Origin: Anaerolineae bacterium
GTDB taxonomy: Bacteria > Chloroflexota > Anaerolineae > JAAYZQ01
Reading direction: 5' to 3'
DNA length: 64,000 nt
Assembly (NCBI GenBank): GCA_035341665.1
Contig: DAOQVR010000002.1
Span: 117,626-181,625 of the forward strand
Below are positions 1-7,879 of this stretch, one piece after another. Numbering within the stretch: position 1 is the first letter of the stretch; each line of letters starts with the position of its first letter. A program made the translations under genes and the position numbers. The notes under the pieces are model-generated. The model had not been told where the DNA came from. It was given only the letters and a program-made list of their open reading frames with translations, and did no database searches.

Positions 1-1404
1 TCTCTGCGGCGGGCCGCGGCCGGCCTGGCGGCTCTCTTCCGGGAGCTCGTGCGCGATCCCCCCGCCGTCGCCGGCCTCGGGATCATCGGGCTATTGCTCG
101 CCATGTCCCTCTACGCGCTCGCCGCGGTCCCGCGCGGCCCCGCCACGATCGCAGCCGCGCCCGTGGCGGTGGGCGAGATACCGCCCCCGCAGAACGCGCT
201 GCCGGTGTGGGTCAACTGGTTCCGCGCGGTCGACCTGCCTTCCACCATCGCGCTCGATTCGCGCAGCGGCCAGGCGCTCAAACAAGTGCTGCCAGACCAA
301 GGCGCGGCCCGCCACCTGCGCCTGACCTTCACCTTCGACTACCCGTACCACGGTGTCCCCCAGGAGATGTACCTGCGCCTCTTCGCGCGCGGGACGTCCA
401 AGACCTTTGTGACGCCGCGGTGGATCATGCCCGGGGGCAAGGAGGTCCCGCTCGCCCCGCGCGGCGTGGCCGGTGACGAGGCATACGATCTCTCGGAGAA
501 CATCCCGCGCAGCTACCTTGCTTCGCACGCCCTCGCCGGCCAGTTCCGCAGCCGCGAAGGCCGTGGCGGCGGCCAGGGTGGGCTTGCCGAGTACACGGCA
601 CTCTTCACCGACCCCCAGGACGAGGAGGGGCGGAGCGTGCGCGGCACCTACACCGTGGAGCTGGACGCACTCGGCTTCGAGGCGGACTCGGACCTGGACG
701 CTCAGCTCATCCTGGTCGGGCGCGTCTGGGGATGGGCCGGCACGGACGATGCACGCGGCGATCTCTGGTCGGCCCTGCTGTGGGGAGCCCCCTCCGCCCT
801 GATCATAGGCCTGGGCGGGGGCCTTGTGACCACCCTCACGTCCCTCGTGCTTGCGGCCGTGGGCGCCTGGCGCGGCGGCTGGCTCGACGGCCTGATCCAG
901 CGGCTGACGGAGGCCACCATGGTCCTGCCGATCCTGGCCGTCGCCGTGATCCTCCGGCTGCTCTTTGGCTTCAGCCTCTGGCTGGTGATGGCGTCGGTCG
1001 TCCTCGTGAGCGCGCTGGGCACGCCGGTAAAAGCCTACCGGGCGGCCTTCCTGCAGGTGCGCGGGGCCGCCTACATCGAGGCCGCGCAGGCCTACGGCGC
1101 CGGCAACGCGCGAGTCATCCTGCGCTACATGATCCCGCGCATCGCGCCCATGATCGCGCCGCAGCTGGCGATCCTGGTGCCCGGCTTTGTCTTCCTGGAG
1201 GCGACGCTCGCCATCTTTGGTGTGAGCGGCACCCTGCCCACCTGGGGCAACCTGATCTACACCTCCCTGCGCGCCGAGGTGTGGCAGGGGAACTACCTGG
1301 CGCTGATCCAGCCGCTGGGCCTGTGCGTCCTGACAGGCATTGGCTTTGCCCTGTTGGGCTCGGCGCTCGACCGGATCCTGAACCCGCGGCTGAAGACAGC
1401 CTAG
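1..1404 (+). CDS. ABC transporter permease (Opp/Dpp-type, OppC/DppC-like); 5' end probably outside window
   Basis: Frame 1 is open from nt 1. The C-terminal ~200 aa carry the binding-protein-dependent permease core (AYIEAAQAYGAGNARVILRYMIPRIAPMIAPQ, several TM helices). A long extracytoplasmic segment follows the first TM. Confidence 0.8.
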   Translation, partial: SLRRAAAGLAALFRELVRDPPAVAGLGIIGLLLAMSLYALAAVPRGPATIAAAPVAVGEIPPPQNALPVWVNWFRAVDLPSTIALDSRSGQALKQVLPDQGAARHLRLTFTFDYPYHGVPQEMYLRLFARGTSKTFVTPRWIMPGGKEVPLAPRGVAGDEAYDLSENIPRSYLASHALAGQFRSREGRGGGQGGLAEYTALFTDPQDEEGRSVRGTYTVELDALGFEADSDLDAQLILVGRVWGWAGTDDARGDLWSALLWGAPSALIIGLGGGLVTTLTSLVLAAVGAWRGGWLDGLIQRLTEATMVLPILAVAVILRLLFGFSLWLVMASVVLVSALGTPVKAYRAAFLQVRGAAYIEAAQAYGAGNARVILRYMIPRIAPMIAPQLAILVPGFVFLEATLAIFGVSGTLPTWGNLIYTSLRAEVWQGNYLALIQPLGLCVLTGIGFALLGSALDRILNPRLKTA

Positions 1405-1442
1405 GGCAATGCAAGGCGCCGGCGCAAAGGCATCCGCGCGAG

Positions 1443-1471
1443 TTGCGCCGGCACCGGCCCGGTGCTATACT
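1443..1471 (+). promoter_or_regulatory. sigma70-type promoter for tRNA-His
   Basis: TTGCGC, 17 nt, TATACT with TGc extended -10, about 25 nt upstream of the tRNA. Confidence 0.45.
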
Positions 1472-1496
1472 GTTCGTCCGGGCGCAGGCCCGGCAT

Positions 1497-1570
1497 GGTG
1501 GGCGTAGCTCAATGGTTAGAGTACCGGTCTGTGGAACCGGTTGTTGCGGGTTCGACCCCCGTCGCCCACC
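1497..1570 (+). tRNA. tRNA-His (anticodon GTG)
   Basis: Cloverleaf read by hand. G-1 plus acceptor GTGGGCG/CGCCCAC, anticodon loop CTGTGGA, T-loop TTCGACC, discriminator C. CCA is not fully encoded. Confidence 0.9.
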
Positions 1571-1585
1571 CAAGAACCACAACAT

Positions 1586-1616
1586 AAGCCTCGGTGCGAA
1601 CCGGGGCTTCGTTGTT
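1586..1616 (+). terminator. Intrinsic terminator after tRNA-His
   Basis: AAGCCTCGG-tgcgaa-CCGGGGCTT hairpin (9 bp, one G-U) followed by CGTTGTT. Confidence 0.5.
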
Positions 1617-1776
1617 AATCACAGCCAGACGCCGCGAGATGTGCGAGCCTATATCCGGTCAGCCCTCCGGGCCGAGCTACCGGAGGGGCAGCACGTATCC
1701 ATCCCGTTCCATCTTCACAGCACGAGGGACCGATAGCATTGTCTGCACGCCGCTGCGCCCTCCGTCCGGCGTCCCG

Positions 1777-1947
1777 GTGTACGACGGCAGCAGCGAGGAG
1801 TACCACGACAATGGAAACTGCCCACGCCCTGCGCCGGGGCAGCAAACCGTGACCACCGGCCATCTCAAGCGCCTGGACTGCGTCCTGTGCGAGTACACCG
1901 GCAAACCCCAGGTCCAGGGCGGGTCCGATGCCGGACCGCGCTCGTGA
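1777..1947 (+). CDS. Possible small Cys-containing protein (56 aa); start uncertain
   Basis: Part of ORF 1594..1947. From ~1741 onward third-codon positions are about 85-90% G/C, like real genes here. Contains C...C...CxxC. No obvious RBS and no recognisable family. Confidence 0.2.
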   Translation: MYDGSSEEYHDNGNCPRPAPGQQTVTTGHLKRLDCVLCEYTGKPQVQGGSDAGPRS

Positions 1948-2051
1948 TGGGACAAGTGCCGGGTCCCGCAGTCTTGCCACGAGAGCGCTCCGCCGCCCCA
2001 GACTCACCGCACCCTGGAGGCCTGCTCACACCTGGCCCTGGTCGCCTCCGC

Positions 2052-3284
2052 CTAATAGCTCCTGAGGACAATCGGGAGGTAGACGGCGTGCCCGTGCACC
2101 TCATCCACCCCCATTTCCACCGTAGCTATGCCATCCCGATCCCCATCCACGACGCGCGGATCGCCCTCAAAGTCGTAGGGGGGCAGGTTCGGGGCGTCGT
2201 TGGTACCTGTGTCAATGCACGGCGAGCCCGGGCCAAGGTGGAAGTCGCCGCCGGCCTGGTCCACGAAGAGCGGGTCCGCGTCGATGTTGCCGACACCCTC
2301 ATAGCCACCCTGGACGTCGCTGTAGGTGACGGCAGGCTCGCTCTCCTCGTTGGCTATCTCCGGCAGGCTGTCTCCCCAAAGGATCGAGTTGGTCACCGGC
2401 GGCGCGGAGCCGAAGGTGTTGCTCATCCCGCCGCCCTCCGCCGCCAGGTTGCCGGAAAAGGTGCAGTTGGTCACCGGCGGCGAGGAGCCGACGTTGCACA
2501 TCCCACCGCCGTGGCTCTCGAGGCTCGAATTGCCCGAGAAGGCACAGTTGGTCACCGTTGGCGAGGAGGAGTACATGTTGAGCATCCCGCCGCCGAACCA
2601 GGTGGACGAGTTGCCGGAGAATGTGCAGTTGGTCACCGCCGGTGATGAGCTGTGGTTGAGCATCCCGCCGCCATACTCGGCCCAGTTTGCCGAGAAGGTG
2701 CAGTGGCTCACCGTTGGCGAGGACACGACGTTCTTCATCCCGCCGCCCCACCGATCGGGGCTGTCGCCGTCTGCGTTGCCACCGGTGACCGTAAAGCCGT
2801 CCAGTACGGCGCTGCCGTCCAGGGCCAGCTCCGACGGATGGTAAAAGACGTGGTAGCTGTTGTCGCCAGGATCCCCCACGCTGCCCAGGTCGCCGCTCAG
2901 CACGGTCCCGTGGTTCACCCAGTCCCGGTCCTCCCAACCGACGTCGCCCAGCGTCGGGTCGAACCCGCCGTAGAGGGCTACGCCGTTCTTCAGCTGAAAA
3001 GTCGCCGAGCGCGGATCGCCTGGAGTCGATTCATACGTGGGGGTATAAACCCCCTCTGCGACCCAGATTTGGTCGCCCTCCGCGGCCTCCTCCATGGCAG
3101 ACTGGAGGGCCGTGTACGCGTCCTCCCAAGAGCTGCCGTCGTTCGCGCCTGCCGCGTCGGCATCCACAAAGATCGTGCTCCCCTGCGCCAATTCGGCCCG
3201 TGCAAGCATTCCCCCGAACGCCAAGGCCGCCGCCAGCGCAATCAGCACCGGAGCTATCGCCAACCACGCATGTCCCTGCTTCAT
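2052..3284 (-). CDS. Secreted right-handed parallel beta-helix repeat protein
   Basis: Internal Met MKQGHAWLAIAPVLIALAAALAFGG gives a signal/anchor sequence. Serial ~23-aa repeats GGGM.N..SSP.VTNC.FSGN (PbH1-like). C-terminal tail AVYLPIVLRSY. Confidence 0.75.
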   Translation of the reverse strand: MKQGHAWLAIAPVLIALAAALAFGGMLARAELAQGSTIFVDADAAGANDGSSWEDAYTALQSAMEEAAEGDQIWVAEGVYTPTYESTPGDPRSATFQLKNGVALYGGFDPTLGDVGWEDRDWVNHGTVLSGDLGSVGDPGDNSYHVFYHPSELALDGSAVLDGFTVTGGNADGDSPDRWGGGMKNVVSSPTVSHCTFSANWAEYGGGMLNHSSSPAVTNCTFSGNSSTWFGGGMLNMYSSSPTVTNCAFSGNSSLESHGGGMCNVGSSPPVTNCTFSGNLAAEGGGMSNTFGSAPPVTNSILWGDSLPEIANEESEPAVTYSDVQGGYEGVGNIDADPLFVDQAGGDFHLGPGSPCIDTGTNDAPNLPPYDFEGDPRVVDGDRDGIATVEMGVDEVHGHAVYLPIVLRSY

Positions 3285-3451
3285 CCGATCCCTCCCGATA
3301 GGCCCTGCACCGGGCAAGACACTCGACCTGCCTTCAGGAGCTCGCCCAGCCACAGGGCCAGATCCGCGGGGAGCTCACGCCGTCGCCGGCAGCCCCTGGC
3401 TCCGCCTCTGGGAGTGCGCGAGCGCCAGCTCAGGGCCTGGGTGCCAGAACC

Positions 3452-3480
3452 AGCGTACTCCGGTTGCCCGAACCTGTCAA
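3452..3480 (-). promoter_or_regulatory. Candidate sigma70 promoter for the beta-helix gene
   Basis: Minus strand reads TTGACA, 17 nt, TACGCT. Confidence 0.35.
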
Positions 3481-3640
3481 GTCATTGTCGCAGGCCCTGG
3501 AGCCCCTCGGGCAGCCGGTGCCGCCACGGCCCAATGCTGCCGTTGACCCAGGCCACGTCTATCTGGCCGCGCCCCGAGGCCGGCCGTCGCACCGCAGTCT
3601 CCCTGCGCGAGATCCCTCCCCCGCCGCCCCCACCAGGCGA

Positions 3641-3724
3641 TGGTCGATAGTCGTTTCTGGAAAAACGGGCATTTTGGGATAGTACCCTCAAATACATGTC
3701 AGAGTGTCAGAGTTCGGCAACCCT
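3641..3724 (+). promoter_or_regulatory. Conserved intergenic element, copy 1 of 3 (candidate operator/activator site)
   Basis: About 80-85% identical by hand alignment to 29976-30062 (+) and 57289-57366 (-). Core GATAGTCGTTTCTGGAAAnnCGGGCATTTyGGGATAGTACCC...TGTCAsAGTGTCAsAGTTCG. Confidence 0.6.
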
Positions 3725-3750
3725 GCGCACGGCAGGGCCGCCCCCCTCTC

Positions 3751-3779
3751 TTGCCCGCCACCCCGTTCCGCGGTACAAT
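3751..3779 (+). promoter_or_regulatory. sigma70-type promoter upstream of the beta-propeller repeat gene
   Basis: TTGCCC, 17 nt, TACAAT. Leaves a leader of about 215 nt. Confidence 0.45.
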
Positions 3780-4000
3780 CCCATCTGCAGCCGTGCCGCG
3801 GCAGCGACCGCCCGCTCGATCCCTAGCCGCCTGGCGGTCCACATCCAGGCGAGCGCCACCTTCCATCAGGCGCAGGCGCCGCGACCCGGCGGGGCAGGGC
3901 GCACGGCAGGGCCGCGGTCCGTCCCACGCCCGCATCCTGGGCACGCCCGGTGGCAGGACAGGGTCGGCCGGAGCCCTCACTCCACGAGGAGGGACATCGG

Positions 4001-6184
4001 ATGAGGTCGAGAGCGATCATCGCGTACACGTTGGCTGCGATTCTACTCCTCACCGCGGCCGGTGCGCCCCTGCATCCGGCCGCCTCCGCGCCCGAAGCGG
4101 AGGCCGGTGAGGCCTGGTCGGACCTCTTTGACCTGCCCGGGACCACCGGCGGCGGGCCGGCTGCCCTAGCCCTCGACGAGGGCGGCGCACTCTACGCCGG
4201 CGGCAGCTTTGCCGCCGTGGACGGCGTCCCGGCCAACCTGGTCGCCCGGCTCGAGGACGGCGCCTGGTCGGCGCTGGGCACCGGACTCCAGGGTGACTAC
4301 GCCGTCGTCGGCGCGCTGGCAGCCGCAGACGGCTTCCTCTACGCCGGCGGCACCTTCACCCTCGCCGGCGGGCAGCCGGCCAACCTGGTCGCCCGCTGGG
4401 ACGGTGCCTCCTGGAGCGCCCTCGGCAGCGGCCTCGGGGGCGCCTACGCTGGGGTGAATGCCCTCGCCGTCGACGCACAGGGCAATCTCTATGCCGGTGG
4501 CTCCTTCACCAGCGCCGGCGGGGCGCCGGCCATGTACGTCGCCCGCTGGGACGGCACCGCCTGGAGTCCACTGGGCAGCGGCACCGACGGCACGGTACAC
4601 GCCCTGGCGCTCGACCTGGACGGCACCCTCTACGCCGGCGGCTCCTTCGCCACCGCCGGCGGCGTTCCGGCGCAGGGCGTCGCCCGCTGGGACGGCGCGG
4701 CATGGTCCGCGCTGGGCAGCGGCACCGACGACACGGTGCTCACCCTTGCGCTCGACGGCGACGGAGATCTCTACGCCGGCGGCTGGTTCACCCAGGCCGG
4801 CGGGCTGCCGGCCTCCGGTATAGCCCGCTGGGACGGCGCGGCCTGGAGCCCCCTCGGCAGCGGGGTGGGGGGAGACTACCCGGCGGTCATGGCCCTGGCG
4901 CCCGGCGGCGGGGACGTTCTGTGCGCCGGCGGCTCCTTCACGACGGCTGGTGGGCAGCCCGCAGGCAACATCGCCCGCTGGGACGGCTCGGCCTGGAGCC
5001 CCCTGGGCACGGGCGTGGGCGGCCTCTACGCGAGCGTCAGCGCGCTGGCCCTCACGCCCGCGGGCATGCTGTACGCCGGCGGCGCGTTCACCATCGCGGG
5101 AGGGCGGGCAGCCAGCTACCTGGCCCTTTGGGATGGCGCTGCCTGGAACCCCCTGGGCGAGGGACAGGGCATGACCGGCTGGGTTCTTTCCTTGGCCGGC
5201 GACGGCAGCGCGGGCCTCTACGCGGGCGGCGCCTTTGGCACCGCGGGCCAGGCAGTCGCCCGCCGCGTGGCGCACTGGGACGGCTCGGCCTGGAGCCCCC
5301 TCGGCAGCGGCGTGGACGGTGCGGTCAACGCCCTCGCCGTCGGCGCCGCGGGTCTCTACGCAGGCGGCGAGTTCACCTCTGCCGGAGATGCGCCGGCCAA
5401 TCGCATAGCCCGCTGGGACGGAGCCACCTGGAGCGCACTGGGCAGCGGCGTGAACAACACCGTCTGGGCTCTGGCAGTCGACGCCGAGAGCCGTCTCTAT
5501 GCCGGGGGCGACTTCTCCGCAGCCGGCGGTGCCCCGGCGAGCCGCATCGCCCGCTGGGACGGCAGCGCCTGGTCCCCGCTGGGCAGCGGCATGGGCGGCT
5601 ACGGCAATCAGTCTGTCCTCAGCCTGGCGGTGGGCGAGGACGGCAGCCTCTTCGCCGGCGGCTCCTTCACAAGCGCAGGCGGCGTGCCGGCCAACAACAT
5701 TGCCCGCTGGGATGGCTCCACCTGGAGCGCCCTGGGCAGCGGCATCGCCGGCACGGTCTACTCCCTGGCCCTTGACGGCGCCGGAGGCCTGCTCGCCGGC
5801 GGCTGGTTCGAATCGGCCGGCGACGTCCCGGCCATGTACATCGCCCGCTGGGACGGCGCTTCCTGGAGTGCCCTCGGCAGTGGCATGGATTGGCTCGTCT
5901 TTGCCATCGCCGCGGCCCGCCCCGACGACCTGTATGCCGCCGGGTACTTCACCCAGGCAGGCGGTGCCCCTGCCCAGTACGTAGCCCACTGGGACGGCAC
6001 GGCCTGGAGCCCTCTGGGCGGCGGCGCCGGCGACATGGTGCGCGCCGCGTGGCTGGACCCCCTGGGCAGGCTCTACCTCGGCGGCGAGTTCACCTCCGCG
6101 GGCGACAAGCCCTCCAGCTACATCGCCCGCTGGGGCGCCCCCTCCAGGTTCATCTTCCTGCCGCTGGTCGTGCGCGACCGCTGA
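4001..6184 (+). CDS. Secreted repeat protein, 13 tandem ~57-aa units (beta-propeller-like)
   Basis: Start at MRSRAIIAYTLAAILLLTAAGAPLHPAASA (signal peptide), preceded by GAGGAGGG. Unit LYAGGxFtxAGGxPAxxIARWDGxxWSxLGSG is repeated 13 times. C-terminal tail FIFLPLVVRDR. Confidence 0.8.
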   Translation: MRSRAIIAYTLAAILLLTAAGAPLHPAASAPEAEAGEAWSDLFDLPGTTGGGPAALALDEGGALYAGGSFAAVDGVPANLVARLEDGAWSALGTGLQGDYAVVGALAAADGFLYAGGTFTLAGGQPANLVARWDGASWSALGSGLGGAYAGVNALAVDAQGNLYAGGSFTSAGGAPAMYVARWDGTAWSPLGSGTDGTVHALALDLDGTLYAGGSFATAGGVPAQGVARWDGAAWSALGSGTDDTVLTLALDGDGDLYAGGWFTQAGGLPASGIARWDGAAWSPLGSGVGGDYPAVMALAPGGGDVLCAGGSFTTAGGQPAGNIARWDGSAWSPLGTGVGGLYASVSALALTPAGMLYAGGAFTIAGGRAASYLALWDGAAWNPLGEGQGMTGWVLSLAGDGSAGLYAGGAFGTAGQAVARRVAHWDGSAWSPLGSGVDGAVNALAVGAAGLYAGGEFTSAGDAPANRIARWDGATWSALGSGVNNTVWALAVDAESRLYAGGDFSAAGGAPASRIARWDGSAWSPLGSGMGGYGNQSVLSLAVGEDGSLFAGGSFTSAGGVPANNIARWDGSTWSALGSGIAGTVYSLALDGAGGLLAGGWFESAGDVPAMYIARWDGASWSALGSGMDWLVFAIAAARPDDLYAAGYFTQAGGAPAQYVAHWDGTAWSPLGGGAGDMVRAAWLDPLGRLYLGGEFTSAGDKPSSYIARWGAPSRFIFLPLVVRDR

Positions 6185-6300
6185 GGAGCGGCGGATCCCG
6201 TCCCGCGCGCCCTGCCCGCACATCCCCAACTTGACGCGCACCCCGCGCTGTGGTAGAGATGTCTGGGCTCTGCCCAAGCTCACCATACAGGGAGGATGCA

Positions 6301-7584
6301 ATGCTGACATCCAGGGAACGTGTCCAAGCGGCCTTGAACCACCAGGAGCCCGATCGAGTGCCCCTCGACCTGGGAGGCACCCTGGTCACAGGCATGAACG
6401 TGAGTGTCGTCTACGCCCTTCGCCAGGCGATGCACCTCGACCCCCCCGGCACGCCGGTCAAGGTAATCGAGCCCTACCAGATGCTCGGCGAGATCGGCCC
6501 CGACCTCGTGGATGCCCTCGGCGTGGACGTCGTGGCGGTCAATCCCGAAAAGGGCTTCTTTGGCCTCAAGATCGACGATTGGAAGCCCTGGCAGCTCAGC
6601 GACGGCACCCCCGTGCTGGTCCCCGGCCAGTTCAACACCGAGCCCGCCGCCGACGGCAACCTCTGCCAGTACCCCGACGGCGACCGCTCAGCCCGGCCCA
6701 GCGGCCGCATGCCCGCAGGCGGCTTCTACTTCGACGCCATCATCCGCCAGGAGCCGATCGACGAAGCCAAGCTGGACCCCGAAGACAACATGGAAGAGTT
6801 CACGCTCCTCACCGACGACGAGGTGCTCTACTTCGAGCGCGAGGTGAAGCGGCTCTACGAGCAGACCGACAAGGCGATCGTCGCCAACTTTGGCGGCACG
6901 GCCTTCGGCGACATCAGCATGGTGCCGGCGACACAGCTCAAGAACCCCAGGGGCATACGCGACATCGAGGAGTGGTACGTCAGCACGGTCAAGCGCAAGG
7001 ACTATGTCCTCAAGGTGTTCGAGCGCCAGTGCGAGGTCGGCCTGGCCAACCTGGAAAGGCTGCACCGGGCCGTGGGCGACCGCGTGGCCGTCGTCTTTGT
7101 GACGGGGACCGACTTTGGCACCCAGAACGCGCCCTTCCTCTCCGTCAAGACCTACCGTCAGATGTACTTCCCATTCCACAAGGCGCTCTGCGACTGGATC
7201 CACCGGCACACCGCATGGAAGACCTTCATGCACAGCTGCGGCTCCAACCTCCCCCTGATCCCAAGCTTCATCGAAGCCGGGATCGACATCCTCAACCCGG
7301 TGCAGTGGACCGCCGTGAACATGGACGCCCAGATGCTGAAGGAGCGCTTCGGAGACCAGCTGGTCTTCTGGGGAGGCGGAGTCAACTGCCAGCGGACCCT
7401 GCCCTTTGGGACCCCCGACGAGGTGCGCCGCGAAGTCCAGGAAAAAGTGCGCATCTTCGGACGGGGCGGCGGCTTTGTCTTCAACACCATTCACAACATC
7501 CAGGCCCAGACGCCGATCGAGAACGTGCGCGCCATGTACGACGCCTTCCGGGCCTGCCGCACCTATCCGCTCGGGGAGCCCTAG
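6301..7584 (+). CDS. Uroporphyrinogen decarboxylase (URO-D) family protein, MtaA/CmuA-like
   Basis: GGAGG RBS then ATG. MLTSRERVQAALNHQEPDRVPLDLGG N-terminus and TIM-barrel C-terminal motifs are typical of URO-D-like enzymes. Specific function unknown. Confidence 0.65.
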   Translation: MLTSRERVQAALNHQEPDRVPLDLGGTLVTGMNVSVVYALRQAMHLDPPGTPVKVIEPYQMLGEIGPDLVDALGVDVVAVNPEKGFFGLKIDDWKPWQLSDGTPVLVPGQFNTEPAADGNLCQYPDGDRSARPSGRMPAGGFYFDAIIRQEPIDEAKLDPEDNMEEFTLLTDDEVLYFEREVKRLYEQTDKAIVANFGGTAFGDISMVPATQLKNPRGIRDIEEWYVSTVKRKDYVLKVFERQCEVGLANLERLHRAVGDRVAVVFVTGTDFGTQNAPFLSVKTYRQMYFPFHKALCDWIHRHTAWKTFMHSCGSNLPLIPSFIEAGIDILNPVQWTAVNMDAQMLKERFGDQLVFWGGGVNCQRTLPFGTPDEVRREVQEKVRIFGRGGGFVFNTIHNIQAQTPIENVRAMYDAFRACRTYPLGEP

Positions 7585-7641
7585 CCGGCCCTGGGCCTTG
7601 GTCCACTGGACCCAAGCCCCCACGGCCCATCCTCTAGATCG

Positions 7642-7678
7642 AAAAACGGGAGAGACTGAGGTCAGTCTCTCCCGTTTC
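7642..7678. terminator. Bidirectional intrinsic terminator between convergent genes
   Basis: Perfect 12-bp stem CGGGAGAGACTG-aggt-CAGTCTCTCCCG flanked by AAAAA and TTT. Confidence 0.7.
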
Positions 7679-7689
7679 GCCTACCACCC

Positions 7690-7850
7690 CAACCCGAGCT
7701 GTCACTCTGAGGAGCGAGCGCAGCGAGCAACGAAGAATCTCGGCTACATCATCCAGTCAGACTCTCACGGCTGAGCCGAGACTCCCGTCGTCCCTCAAGG
7801 CATGCCTCGGTCGCTGCACTCCGTCGGAATGACAGTTCCGAGACAGCCCC
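7690..7850 (-). repeat. MITE-like repeat, related to 31523-31671 (opposite orientation)
   Basis: Reverse complement begins GGGGCTGTC..TGTCATTCCGACGGAGTGCAGCGACCGAGGCATGCCTTGAGG. This closely parallels GGGGCTGTCC..GATCATTCCGAGGGAGCGCAGCGACCGAGGCACGCCCTGAGG at 31523. The far arm holds an inverted GTCACTCTGAGGAGCGAGCGCAGCGAGC module. Confidence 0.55.
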
Positions 7851-7879
7851 TCTTACGCAAAGGATCGGCCAGGGACCGC

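Noticed and set aside
3655-3710. sigma54 (-24/-12) promoter inside the conserved element (CTGGAAA...GGGCAT; TGGCAC in copy 2)
   Set aside because: The GG-to-GC spacing is about 2 nt short of the TGGCAC-N5-TTGC consensus. The TGGCAC hexamer is present in only one of the three copies.
4200-6100. Regular ~171-177-bp periodic repeats as a possible CRISPR or satellite array
   Set aside because: The period is far too long for CRISPR and there are no unique spacers. The repeats are in frame and encode the 57-aa protein unit. No cas genes are in the window.
4166-6310. 714-aa ORF antisense to the beta-propeller repeat gene
   Set aside because: Shadow ORF typical of high-GC repetitive coding DNA. The translation is low-complexity Gly/Ala/Arg/Pro with no motifs. 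The plus-strand frame has a signal peptide, an RBS and a clean repeat architecture.
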